The translations under genes and the position numbers were made by a program. A DNA stretch of 64,000 nt, from the NCBI RefSeq assembly GCF_964355755.1, contig NC_092678.1, positions 5,596,422-5,660,421 on the forward strand, written 5' to 3'. The stretch's first letter is position 1, and every line of letters begins with the position of its first letter. The notes beneath the pieces are model-generated. The model was given only the letters and a program-made list of their open reading frames with translations, was not told the DNA's origin and searched no databases. This document shows positions 26,643-38,770 of the stretch, piece after piece. This DNA comes from Antedon mediterranea (lineage: Eukaryota > Animalia > Echinodermata).

Positions 26643-27243
26643 GTGAGTTTCCATATTACTTTATACTTTATTACATTTTTGTTTGCACTCTTTACTGTAG
26701 ATCAAAAGGTTTAACAGAAAGTGGCTGCTTACATTACAGTTTAATGTTATGCCACTGGCAGGACCTCAATGTCAGAAATTTGAAATTTCATTAAATTTAA
26801 ATAATCTAATGGATCAGTACAAAAGGTTGAAAAGCCAAAGTCATACATGGGATGTAGAAATGTAGGCCGGTGTAAATGACGTAAAAGGTTACCCAGGTTC
26901 GTTGAACCATCCGGGTAAGTAATGTGGAATGTATTCAACGTTAAGTCAACCTGAGATGTTCCTGTGTGCTTGCGTTTTCGCGGTGTAAATAGTCCCGCAT
27001 ATGTTTTCCCGGTCATCAGGACATAACACAGGTTTGATTTTAGCTTGTAGGTGTGAAAGGAGTAATAGTTACACACTGTTTAAGAACCATGTCATGATAC
27101 CATACTTTCTTTTGCAATATGTTTTAGCCTAACAGCATCTCAGTCTTTTATTCTCCTACCTCCTACAGGCTTAACGTTGGCAATTAGTTCTTGTATACAT
27201 GATCTTGTGTACATTTACCATTCAACAATTATTTGCCATCGTT

Positions 27244-27331
27244 ACACATCACATGTACAGCTTGTACACATCACATGTACAGCTTGTACACATCACATGT
27301 ACAGCTTGTACACATCACATGTACAGCTTGT
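27244..27331. repeat. 22-bp tandem repeat, 4 copies
   Basis: acacatcacatgtacagcttgt x4. Confidence 0.9.
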
Positions 27332-28672
27332 ATAAATATAGTATGCAATTCTATTTTACAGTTATTTCTGAATCATATCCATAAAGAAACAATTTCAAAC
27401 TTTTATTTTTGTTTATACGTGATTGTGTAAACTTTTATAGATATCATTAGACAGTTTGTTAGTACTAATAATTGTTGATTTCTTAAGTATGGTGATTTAA
27501 ACAACTACATTTCTTATTACTCTATATAAATATGGTTAATCAAGCATTCTGCTTATAATTATTATCAATCAATCAATCGTTCGATTTATATAGCGCCATT
27601 CCAACATTACAGTAAAAGCATAGGATCGTTCACACCAAATTTGCACAATTTGAAGGCGTACCTGATTCAAACTCTGAATTTGGTGCGATAGATCAAGAAG
27701 CAATTTGTTCTTTTGACCAATCAACAGTGAGCATGAATGACAACGGATATCCAAATTCATGCTGTGAAAGAACGCTCAATGCTCGCGATATTTTCCTCAG
27801 GGTGCCAGAGCAAATGCGGACGCGATGTGAAAGCAGCTTTACACAGTAATTCCTTGATTCCCAGGGCTGGTGTTTATATAAACAAGCTTATACATAATTC
27901 CTAGGTGTTATACTGTATTGTATTACTTGTGTGACTTTATTTAATAACATTTTGATGGAAATAATGAAAAATATGCATTGGTTTTATACTGACATAAACA
28001 GTTTATACTCTTTGACTTACAACCTATAAAAATGTGATTTTTATAACCATTCATGAAATGCAAATATTTCATACATTCAAAATTAATGAAAGATCCTATT
28101 TTATTACCGTATTTATTTGAATAAACGCAGGGTTTTGAATGAATGCCTCCGTCGGAATATACAACCCCCATAGAACATCATTTTGAATAAATCACCTCTC
28201 AACCCCCATCTCCCCCCACACGATTAACCGCCCAGGACCTTTATTTACTCGCATAAACGCCCCGCCACATGCATATACACAATACATGTATTACAACAGA
28301 TTTCTATTTGTAGTAGAGTTAATTGCTTGACATGATCTACAATTACCAAGCATTTTTATTTTTACTGTATTTTATCACTTCTTGATATTAATTTTGTTGC
28401 TTTTTTTCATATCTAGGGGGTATTTATTTGATTAAACGTGTTACCATATTACACCCAAAAAATAAATGTTCCCCTGAATAAACGGCTCCATCAATAGACA
28501 AGCCCTAAAAACCCTCCTGCACAATAAACACCCTGCGGCGTGTATTTGAACAAATGTGCTCATCAACAACTTTCATAACTAAACCAACAACAAACAATCA
28601 AGATTTATCTTTAAAAATGGAGTCCCAAATATATGCAACAACATTTCACCAGATTCAATTGGTTCTAATATA

Positions 28673-29641
28673 TTACACTCTTTGCTCATCTTCATTATGT
28701 CTTTGACCTATTGGAATGGTTCTTATTTGAGGTTTAGGATTGGAAGCAAAGCAGCATAGCATACGCTTAAATCCGTTTCTTAATTCTGTAATACGCCACC
28801 AATATACAATGGGATTTAAAGCAGAATTCATCATTAGAAGTGGAAACAAAATCTGATAGAAAGACTCAGTAAAAGAGTCACAGTGAGTTGACGTAAATAA
28901 ACATAACAATAGTACCTGGGTTGGTATCATACAAAAGAAGAGTGAAAAAAGTAGAATACTAAATGTGATAAAAACTGATCGTAATCTGGCCTGTCTAGCA
29001 GATCTAGCAGTAGCTGATGCGAGTTGTTTAGTTTTATGTTTTAAAATAATATACATAAAAATATAAACAAATGCAATAATAGTAGTCAAAGTCAAACTTG
29101 CACCCACTACTACAGGAATGTAGAGACTAGAGTATTGCACTTTATCATTTCCAAAAATAAAAATTAAGCTTAAAACTATTAATGTCCATATGCAAGTACA
29201 TACTGTTGCCAATTTCTTTTCTGTAACAACATTTTGGTATTTTATCGGAGCAGCAATAGCTAGAAAACGTTCCATACTCACAGCAAGAACAAATGATTGT
29301 GAATTGTTCATCATTAACATCCCCGTAATTACAATTACACCATTTACAGGAAAATCATTATATAATGATATAAAAACAAAAGTAACAAGACAACTTAATA
29401 TGTCAGCAACAGCCAAGTTAACAATCAACACATTAGATTTCTTTCTTAGTTGTTGATTGCAGCAGACAACCAAAATAACAAACAGGTTTTCCAATATTCC
29501 TGCAACCGTAATGATACAGGTGAACAAAGTACTGATTGGGCTTATTTTCAAGCCTAAAATGGCATAATACTTGGGGTATTCCCATAAAGCGTAGTTATCC
29601 TTGTAGTAGTAATTGAAATCTGTTTTATTTCCATCTTCCAT
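28673..29641 (-). CDS. Rhodopsin-class (class A) GPCR, cluster copy 1, single coding exon, 322 aa
   Basis: 7 hydrophobic segments; GILEN (TM1), NLAVAD (TM2), SMERFLAI (D/ERY-type), NSALNPIVY (NPxxY); splice acceptor just before the ATG. Confidence 0.92.
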   Translation of the reverse strand: MEDGNKTDFNYYYKDNYALWEYPKYYAILGLKISPISTLFTCIITVAGILENLFVILVVCCNQQLRKKSNVLIVNLAVADILSCLVTFVFISLYNDFPVNGVIVITGMLMMNNSQSFVLAVSMERFLAIAAPIKYQNVVTEKKLATVCTCIWTLIVLSLIFIFGNDKVQYSSLYIPVVVGASLTLTTIIAFVYIFMYIILKHKTKQLASATARSARQARLRSVFITFSILLFSLFFCMIPTQVLLLCLFTSTHCDSFTESFYQILFPLLMMNSALNPIVYWWRITELRNGFKRMLCCFASNPKPQIRTIPIGQRHNEDEQRV

Positions 29642-30289
29642 TTCTGGTGTAAGAAAATGTATAATGTATTTTTAGACTTACATTTTGTTTATCCATTTGT
29701 TACTATAGATATACTACTGTAAATTGGTTTATCTACAAAACTGTCAAGTATTTACAATTATATACAGTAGCATGGCTTCATCAAAGTTTAAGTTATTAAA
29801 ACTGAAGACATTATGTATAACAACACTGACGAGACCTAATAAGATTGAAACTGTACTAATATAATAATAATAGAATACTTTTTGATTTTAATAAATATTA
29901 TTTTTATCAAAGACGTCATAACTGGTTATCCTAACGTTTCTAACTTCTTTTTTTTTATGTTTACCTAGTTTTCGTTGATTGTTATCGTCTTACAAGGATA
30001 CAAGGAAACTTTATTCATCCCAACTTGGGAAATTGTGTTGCTGTCTTATTACAATGCCGTAAAGAAAAGAGAAATGATAGGCCTAAAACATAAGTGTGAT
30101 AATAATAATAAGTATAAGTATAATAATAAGTATAATAATAGTATAAGTGGTAAAATAATAGAAATATTTGAAACAATAACTTAAGAAATACTTCATACTC
30201 ACAGAAAAAAAAAACAGTAACAAAGAATTGCTCAGAAATATCTCCAATTACAACTGTAGCTTAACTTAAGGAAAAATAAATTTGTTTAC

Positions 30290-30445
30290 ATGATAACGGC
30301 CAAGTTAACAAGCAAAACATTTGATTTCTTTCTTAGTTGATGATTGCAGCAGACAACCAAAATAAAACAGGTTTTCCAATATTCCTGCAACCATAATGAT
30401 AATCACAAAAGCAAAGTACTGATTAGATGTATTTTCACATCCAAA
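30290..30445 (-). pseudogene. GPCR fragment (TM1-TM2)
   Basis: Reverse complement encodes IIMVAGILENL..VVCCNHQLRKKSNVLLVNLA with a frameshift and truncation. Confidence 0.8.
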
Positions 30446-30959
30446 GAGTAATTATACCTGCGATAATTAAAATTCTTTGGAAAAAAAATTAAAATCTTCT
30501 ATATTATTATTAAAAATAAAGATGTCCTCCAAAAACAAGAAAAATTAAGATTAATAAAATCAGACTTTAAATAAGCCATTTTGCAGTTTTAATAAAGTTA
30601 TTCACTTCTGTAAAAAAAAAAATTAGTTCACTTATAAAAAGACAAAAGAAACAGTTAATTTTAACAACAGACAGACAATTTAAGAATTTTTTTGCTTTAA
30701 ATTACATTTTTATTTTTAGGTAAACAATTTTTTTTCCTATCCAGTTATTACTATTACGTCACATTAAAATGGCATATTGAAAAAAAATTTTGTTTAGGGG
30801 ACAAAATATTTTTAATTTTTTTTAAGCGATTAATTTAGTCATGAAATTGGATTGAAAATATCTTACCTTAAACTTTAATTAATTTAAAAATTTGATATAA
30901 TTATTTTCCATAGCCTTGATTATTAATTTCCATAATACAATAAGAAATGTGCACAAGTT

Positions 30960-32050
30960 TGTGCTAGTGTCAAATGGAACACGTTTATTAGAGTAAGGTC
31001 AATTTGATTAAGAGTACTAAAAGCATCTTCGAAAATAAGATTGCAAATGAGGTTAAAGTCAATGAAAAGTCTTTTTGGCGTTACGTAAATTCTCAGTTAA
31101 ATACCAGATCTGGTATTCCTACTCTTAGAAATTTTAAAGGTAAACTTGTTGTAGATGACCAAGATAAAGCCGAGCCTTTTAATTCTTTTTTTAGCAGTGT
31201 CTGTTGTCGAGTCTAGTATTCGTTTATTTGCAGACGACACTAAGTTGTATAGAGTGGTCAATAACATTGATGATGCGGATTTATTTCAGAGAGACATTGA
31301 CAGTGCTTCCCATTGGTCTAATGTTTGGCAATTGCCATTTAATGACACTAAGTGTAAGGTATTTCATTATGATTGTGATAATCCCAATTTCGTGTATTCA
31401 ATGGCTGGTAATTTACTTCATGAGGTAAAGCAGGAGAACGATCTAGGTGTTACCTTTGATCCTAGTTTAATCTTTAATTTGCATGTAGCGGATATTTGTA
31501 AAAGAGCTAATAAGAAACTAGGAATGATTTATAGATCTTTTAAATTCTTGAATAAAGATGGATTTTTGAAGCTGTATAAGTCTATTGTCAGGCCAACGCT
31601 TGAATATTGTAATACTGTTTATAATCCTATTAGAAAACGAGATCAGGATGAAATAGAGAAGGTCCAGCAAAGAGCAACAAGATTGATTCCTAGGTACCGT
31701 AATTTCCCGTATGGACAACGTTTGAGAATTGTTGGTCTTCCTACCATGAGATATCGAAGGCAGAGCAGATGTTATCCAAGTTTTTAGGATTGTAAAAGGT
31801 TTCGATCATATTTCGATCAACACATTTTTTGAATTTGATCTAGAATCTCGGACCCGTGGACACCCATATAAACTCAAGTTTAAAAGCTCTCGTCTTAATA
31901 TTAGGAGGGACACGTTCTCCAGGAGAGTTATTCTCTTATGGAATGATCTGCCTACGGATGTAGTTTCGTGTGCTATGGTGAACTTGTTCAAAGCTAAACT
32001 TAATGTCGCATGGTCCAACCACCCGCTGAAGTTTTCACCCTATATAGAAT
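30960..32050 (+). mobile_element. 5'-truncated CR1-clade LINE ORF2 fragment with an internal deletion
   Basis: KSFWRYVNS...FNSFFSSV joined to IRLFADDTKLYR...WQLPFNDTKCKV...DLGV...LYKSIVRPTLEY...IEKVQQRATRLIP, then TRGHPYKL. Confidence 0.9.
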
Positions 32051-32785
32051 ATGATTTTATTGCTGGGAAACAAGTAAACAAGTATTTTTTTTTGTAGTTG
32101 TTTGACACTTAAAAAAAAAATATCATGTTAATTGTCAAATCATGTTATTCTTATTATAAATTAAAATCTGCTATATTATTATTAATTTATTTCAAGCGAA
32201 TAATTTAATCTTGGAATTGGATTGAATATATCTTACCTTAAATTTTAATCAAAAATTTGCTATAATTAATTTCCGTAGTCTTGATAGTATAATAGAAAAT
32301 ATATAATTGTTGTTCCTTGTTGTTGGATACTGTAGTGAATATTTTAGTTTGTTCTGAGCTTTCTCAGGCGTATATATATAACTCCACGCGACGTACACTG
32401 TCACTGAATGATAACTCGATTAATACATCTTTCTACCACTACCAGTCAAGCCTTAATATTTTCTTTATCATCTTTCCATTTATCTACTCTGATCTTATTC
32501 TCTCTTCTTTTTAATATCTATTACATTCCACTTTTATACTGGACATGCAAATTTTAGGCTTCAGAGGAGGATAACATTTTCCCTCCAAAAATTATACGAT
32601 TTTGATTGGCTAATAATATAAGGCGGACCTGGTCTAAAGCATCCTTATCTAAACACAGAGAATCACAACTTAAATAGTATGACATTCCCCTTTTTTGGAA
32701 AAAGATTGTGTCAATCTTTCCAAAAATTTAACATTTAAAACCATTTTACTATAAACTATCTACAAATAACACCTCTATAATATTA

Positions 32786-33154
32786 TTATGCACGGCTTAA
32801 TCCATCTGCATTTCCATTTAATGATCCTTTCTTGTAAATAACTTTAAATTTATATCCTTGTAAAAACAGAGCCCATCTCATAAGTCTAACATTGGCACCC
32901 TTCATTGAGTCCATCCATCTCAATGCCTGGTGGTCAGTATGAACTTGAAATTCACAACCATACAGATAATACTTAAGTTTATTTATAGCCCAAACAATAG
33001 AGAGGCACTCTTTTTCTGGCACAGAATATCTCTGCTCATGTACAGATAACTTTCTACTTAAATACACAATGGGATAATCATTACCCTCACCATCTATTTG
33101 TCTCAGCACTGCACCTATGCCATAATTTGAGGCATCGGTTTGCAATATAAACAT
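32786..33154 (-). CDS. RNase H domain of LTR element 1 (frameshifted)
   Basis: LQTDASNYGIGAVL...YSVPEKECL...HTDHQAL...NGNADGLSR. Confidence 0.85.
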   Translation of the reverse strand: MFILQTDASNYGIGAVLRQIDGEGNDYPIVYLSRKLSVHEQRYSVPEKECLSIVWAINKLKYYLYGCEFQVHTDHQALRWMDSMKGANVRLMRWALFLQGYKFKVIYKKGSLNGNADGLSRA

Positions 33155-33409
33155 CTTATCAAAATTTGGGGCTTTTAATACATTATCATCAGTAAGTCGT
33201 TTCTTTAAAGTTACAAAGGCATTTTCACATTGTTCATTCCACTTAACGGTATTACTTTTTACTTTTTAAAGTTAAATCAATCAATGGCTTAGCAATATCG
33301 GCATAGTTCTGTACACATTTTCTGTAATAGCCCGTTAATCCGAGAAATGATCGGACTTGTTTCTTAGACAAAGGTCTGGGGAACTTTTCCACAGCCTCAA
33401 CCTTATCAA

Positions 33410-34525
33410 TCATGGGTCTAATTTCTCCATTACCAATCTTTTATGCCCCAGAAATTCTACCTGTGCATAGGCAATTTTACATTTCAAAGGCTTTGCTGTC
33501 AATCCAGCACTACTTAATCTTTCTAATACATCATTCAAATGAAAAATATGATCTTTCCAAGTTTGACTATAAATACATATGTCATCTATATATGCCTTAG
33601 CATATCCCTCAGTACCTTGTAATACCTTATCCATTAATCTTTGGAAAGTACTAGAGCTATTTTGCATACCAAATGGAAGTACATTGTAACAATACTGTCC
33701 AAATTGTGTAATAAATGCTGATTTGTCTTTGGTCTTAGGATCCAGAGGCACCTGGTAAAATCCTTTAGTTAGATCTAATTCTACTCTAGTAAAGACTTCT
33801 ATTAGAGCCCTGGCTACTGTTTCAGCTCTAACATTGGGTAACGGGATAGCATCCGGATATCTCGTAGCATAGTCAATTATAGTAAGCATATATTTGTTAT
33901 TACGGCTTGTTCTAGATAAGGGTCCAACAATGTCTATCGCTATACGTTTAAATGGTGTACTTATAATCGGTAATGGTATCAAAGTATGTTTCCTTTTACT
34001 TTTACCCTTATCTACCTTTTGGCATTCCTTACAGACTTTACAATAGACTACCACATCTTTAAATATACCTGGCCAATAGAATTGGTTCAGGAAGCTACTT
34101 TTAGTTTTCTCAACACCCATGTGACCTGCAAATGGCACATTATGACCTAAGTGTAATACACCCTGTCTACACTGAGTGGGTAATACAATCTGTTCCACTT
34201 GGTTATTCTTATCTTTAATACTACTCCAATTTCTCATCAATATACCTTGTCTCATAAAGAAACATACCCTATGTTGACCTATTTCTTCTATAGGGACTAC
34301 CCTGTCAAACACTCCTTTGAGTGAGTGATCCTTAGTTTGCAATTTGATCAGTTCTTGTTTAGTTAGGTTCAGCTTGTGCTGTTGTTCATAAGTTTTATGT
34401 TTGACTGTTTTATCTTTAGCTTTATCCTCATTTTCGTCAAACAAATTATTCATTTCTGTTCCATTCATATCATCTAAACACTTAGTTTTATTTACTTTGT
34501 TGTCATTTACTACTGTTTTCAACAA
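33410..34525 (-). CDS. Integrase N-terminal part fused in frame to the RT core by deletion (element 1)
   Basis: HHCC zinc motif and RIAIDIVG, then VFTRVE|LDLTKGFYQ...YIDD. Confidence 0.85.
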   Translation of the reverse strand: MLKTVVNDNKVNKTKCLDDMNGTEMNNLFDENEDKAKDKTVKHKTYEQQHKLNLTKQELIKLQTKDHSLKGVFDRVVPIEEIGQHRVCFFMRQGILMRNWSSIKDKNNQVEQIVLPTQCRQGVLHLGHNVPFAGHMGVEKTKSSFLNQFYWPGIFKDVVVYCKVCKECQKVDKGKSKRKHTLIPLPIISTPFKRIAIDIVGPLSRTSRNNKYMLTIIDYATRYPDAIPLPNVRAETVARALIEVFTRVELDLTKGFYQVPLDPKTKDKSAFITQFGQYCYNVLPFGMQNSSSTFQRLMDKVLQGTEGYAKAYIDDICIYSQTWKDHIFHLNDVLERLSSAGLTAKPLKCKIAYAQVEFLGHKRLVMEKLDP

Positions 34526-34562
34526 TTGTACATTAGTTTCTTTAGGCGGCTCTTCTATCGGC

Positions 34563-36113
34563 TTAAAGTCTATCTTTCCCTAACAATATCATTTCGTCTT
34601 GTATTCTAACATCATTTTCTATTCTGGCTTGCTCCCTAGTTAGGACGAACATTTCTTTAGTCATTGTTTCCCCACAATTCTGGTCCAAATCATGACCCAA
34701 TAACATGTCCCTCTGTAATCCTTCGATTACGGCTACAATCACTTTTCCTGTCACTATCTTACTTTCTATAGCTACCTCAGCTAAGGGGACGGTAATATCG
34801 CCTCCTATACCTCTTAACGTAACCCATTTTCCTGGCAAGTAACATTTGTTAGGCACTAGACTTTCCTTAACAGCTGACTGGGTACATCCCGAGTCTCTTA
34901 GCATAGTTATAACCTGTCCTTCTAATTTTCCTGTTATTGTACACTTCTCCATTTTATTTTCTACACTATCCATAACTACTTGGGGTCTATCTGATTTTAT
35001 TCCTTCACATCTTAAGCCATCTTTCACATTCGGGCCCTTCTTAGTGTCACTAGTCTTTCCTTTTGCTACCATCTTAGGACAATCCCCTATTTTATGTCCC
35101 TTCTCCTTACAATTGAAGCATAGGCCATTAATCCATTCATTTGAAGGTTCTCTCTGTTGGAAATTTCTACCATAGTTATGGAATTTGCCTCCCCTTCCGC
35201 GATACCTATTGTATCCTTGCTGCCTAGCTCCAGGGTTATTCTGAGTCGTACTATTCTTAGGTTTACTATTTTCTTGGCCCTTATAATACGTAGGCTTATT
35301 TTCAGAATTTACGGCATTCCAATAGCCACGGCCACCTCTATTAGCTATATAATCATCGGCTATCATAGCCATATCATAGCTCTTATTTACTTGTTTATCT
35401 CTAAGATAAAGCCTCAGATCTTCAGGCATTTTATCAAGTGCCTGTTCCATTATAATCATTTCAATAATGTCTGCAGCATCATCTTCTTTTACATTAGCAC
35501 ATTTCATCCAACATTTTAAATAATGGGAGAGCTCATTCAGCCATTCCCTGATGGACATATCTTTAACTCTGTTCGAATTTCTAAATTTAAATCTGTAGGT
35601 CTCTGCGGACACATCATACTTTTCTAAGATTGCCTTCTTTAAGGTATCATAATCTACACATTTTTTTACGGTTAAGGATGCATATGCTGTCCTAGCTTTA
35701 CCAGACAGTTCAGGTGCTAACCTAGCGGACCACGTATTCTTATCCCAACCTGTGGCTTCTGCCAAGTGTTCAAATGTTCTAAAATATATATCAATATCAT
35801 CTGATTCCTTCAAAGTAGGAACCTTTACCTTCATTTCATCTACTATATTCCTAGCATTACTGTAGCTAGACCTATTTTCTAATTCCATCATTTTCACTCT
35901 TTCTTGTGATTCAATTTTTCTTTGCTCTATATCTATTTTCTTTTGCTCTATATCTGCTTCTAATCTTAATTGGTCTTGTTGGTATTGTAATTCTAACTTT
36001 TTGTTTTCGGCCTCGGCCTCGAACTTCATTCGAAAATATTCGAGCATCATATCTTTAGGCATACCGCCGGGTATTTCGGGCAAATCAATATCCCTAGCCA
36101 TGTTATCATACAT
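34563..36113 (-). CDS. Gag (SCAN-like capsid, CCHC knuckle) plus aspartic protease, element 1
   Basis: DYDTLKKAILEKYDVSAETYRFKFR; CFNCKEKGHKIGDC; LRDSGC. Confidence 0.88.
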   Translation of the reverse strand: MYDNMARDIDLPEIPGGMPKDMMLEYFRMKFEAEAENKKLELQYQQDQLRLEADIEQKKIDIEQRKIESQERVKMMELENRSSYSNARNIVDEMKVKVPTLKESDDIDIYFRTFEHLAEATGWDKNTWSARLAPELSGKARTAYASLTVKKCVDYDTLKKAILEKYDVSAETYRFKFRNSNRVKDMSIREWLNELSHYLKCWMKCANVKEDDAADIIEMIIMEQALDKMPEDLRLYLRDKQVNKSYDMAMIADDYIANRGGRGYWNAVNSENKPTYYKGQENSKPKNSTTQNNPGARQQGYNRYRGRGGKFHNYGRNFQQREPSNEWINGLCFNCKEKGHKIGDCPKMVAKGKTSDTKKGPNVKDGLRCEGIKSDRPQVVMDSVENKMEKCTITGKLEGQVITMLRDSGCTQSAVKESLVPNKCYLPGKWVTLRGIGGDITVPLAEVAIESKIVTGKVIVAVIEGLQRDMLLGHDLDQNCGETMTKEMFVLTREQARIENDVRIQDEMILLGKDRL

Positions 36114-37680
36114 TTCATTGACTTGGTCAACCTCTTCTTAGTCAACCATCTCTTCCCTAGTATCTTTTTCTGACATAGTCTTATCTATATTTTTACCCGA
36201 TCTTAAAGTTGTCATGCTAATAACAATTTTACTAATGAAATATGTAAACTTATGTATACAAAATATGTTATAAAAGTATTTGTATTACCTTGATTCCATT
36301 CAGATATGTAAAAAATATGCAATCCACATAAATTTTTAAATGCAATACAATCTAAGACATTAATTTACTTCAAAGTCACAAACAACGTTCCAAGTTCGCT
36401 CCGTACAAAAATTTACTTTCGAAATAAAAAATAGTTTACAAAGTCAGCTTTGCAAATCTTCTCCAAATTTACTGGGCTTCCTTCTGTTACTTCAGTCTTC
36501 TTCTTTCAGACCTCGGTGAATATATACAGTATCTCCGATGAATATCCAGCAGTCTTGAGCTCAACAGTACTTCTTCTTCGTTGTAATATCCAAACAACGC
36601 ACGGTATAAAAACTGTCAGGAATCCAGATCTTCGTAACCATTTAACTTTTTGGTTACTGATTTAACAGGCCCGTAGAGTAGGCACTGTCACTTCTTCTTC
36701 TTCTTCTTCTTCTTGATACTTAAATCATGTATCTTAAACAAAAATTTTCACCGCTACCACCATGTAGTGAATATATTAGTTGGTTCCGAGCTTTCTCAGG
36801 CGTATATATATAACTCCACGCGACGTACACTGTCACTGAATGATAACTCATACAAAAAGTATATTTAACTCAACTAGAACTTTTATTCCTTGTAATTCGA
36901 TTAATACATCTTTCTACCACTACCAGTCAAGCCTTAATATTTTCTTTATCATCTTTCCGTTTATCTACTCTGATCTTATTCTCTCTTCTTTTTAATATCT
37001 ATTACATTCCACTTTTATACTGGACATGCAAATTTTAGGCTTCAGAGGAGGATAACATTTTCCCTCCAAAAATTATACGATTTTGATTGGCTAATAATAT
37101 AAGGCGGACCTGGTCTAAAGCATCCTTATCTAAACACAGAGAATCACAACATAAATAGTATGACAGATACCTACATATATGCCAAGAACAACGCAATGAT
37201 ATATTGAATTATCTTTAATATTTGTTTACCTTTTTGGAAATACATTACTTTACTAGTTTTTACCATTTTAATATCACATAATAGTTTACTTTCATCTTTG
37301 ACCAAAAACTGGATTATTTATTTATGAAACATGAAGGAAATTTAAAATAGTTAAATAGTACAAAAGGATAAAGCAATTAAAACGTAATAATAGTCTGTTT
37401 TAATACTACTATTAGTAATAACAAATAAAAATTCCATATCTAAAAAATTGTTCTTAAACATTTCTCAAACAGTATTTTACATAAAAAAATGGAAAACAAA
37501 AATGAGCAGGATTAATTACACAAGACAAAATCTTATATTAAAGGTATCAAGATAAAAAATGAATAGATTGAAATAATTAAATGATAGTGATATATGTACA
37601 TTAGTTCTTATAAACTAAGGTTCTTGTTTGAAAGTGTGAATACAATAGAACTATTAATATTATTTGTAGTATAAAAATAA

Positions 37681-38607
37681 CGCCTGTATTCTTAAACCGG
37701 ACTTTAGTCGTAGTTCGAGCTAAAACTAAAAAAATGACGTCATTTTAATTCATAAACCGAACTTCAACTAAATCGCCGACTAATTCAGGCCAACCTCGAC
37801 TAAATCGAGACGAATTTTGATCGATTTTTTTAGTCCTGGAGGGGGCAGGCTAAATGGTTGACTAAATGGTTTTTAAACGATGTTTATAAAAAACGTAACA
37901 GTCATTGAGTTGTTATATTGGCCAGATATTGAAGAATGAAATATCTATATTTATATTAGCTTAATTAAATATACATTGGTATAAGTTATAATAATGAAAA
38001 TCATCTTTATTTAGAACTGTATACAAATTACATTATTTTCTTCGCGCAAGTCCGACTTGAGCTACGTCACGCCATAACGACAATGGGAGATGCGGCAATT
38101 CACCACGCGATGGAATGTTTAGGGGGCCTAGCGCTTTCTTGTCACGCTATGAAGTGCGTGGTTCGTCGCGATCATACTTTGTTGGGGGCCTAGAAAATAT
38201 AAAAGTGACCGTACCGCCGTGGTTCCTAAATATATTTTGAAGATTTTATTTATTGTTAATCAAATATACTTCACTGTTAAATTAATACTGATATTGTTCT
38301 AATAATTAACGATTAAAATTATTTTTCATGTATATAGTCCTGATGCGTAAAAAGTGTTGTAAGAAATGGAAAGTGATATCAATGCGCAAAATTTCGTCTG
38401 CTCCTCAAATACTCTCTTGTCATTGGCCAATGTATAGCCTTTGTTACCCAGACGTGTGCAACTCGACTAAAAGCTCGACTTCATTAAGTCGAACTGCAAA
38501 CTTCGACTACTTCGTTTTTGAATCGAATTTGAAGTAATAGCTCGAACTACGACTTTTTCAAGTCGAACTTCGAACTACGACTAAAGTCCGGTTTAAGAAT
38601 ACGGGCG
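37681..38607. mobile_element. Non-autonomous PIF/Harbinger-type DNA transposon (927 bp)
   Basis: TIR cgcctgtattcttaaaccggactttagtcgtagttcga / tcgaactacgactaaagtccggtttaagaatacgggcg; TAA on both flanks. Confidence 0.88.
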
Positions 38608-38770
38608 TAAGTGATATCTAGAATTAAAATGATCAGAAAGTTTTTCACAGCACTCATAATTCATTTCATTTTAGTAAATTACACTATATGTTCATCTTCA
38701 TTGCGATGAAGTAAAAGATATTTAGCATAGAAAGCATCTTTTATTTTACAGAACTTTTATTTCTAGTTTA

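Larger units (their letters stand above)
32331..37165 (-). mobile_element. Gmr1-like Ty3/Gypsy LTR retrotransposon, copy 1 (internally deleted, defective)
   Basis: LTRs 32331-32684 and 36763-37165 (TG...CA); 5-bp TSD GATAC; PBS TGGTGGTAGCGGTG; PPT aaaaaaggggaa; gag-PR, IN/RT fusion and RNase H ORFs. Confidence 0.95.

Noticed and set aside
34401-35519. Plus-strand ORFs opposite gag-pol, also at 51099-52219 and opposite the GPCRs
   Set aside because: Antisense shadows of real coding sequence with no recognisable motifs
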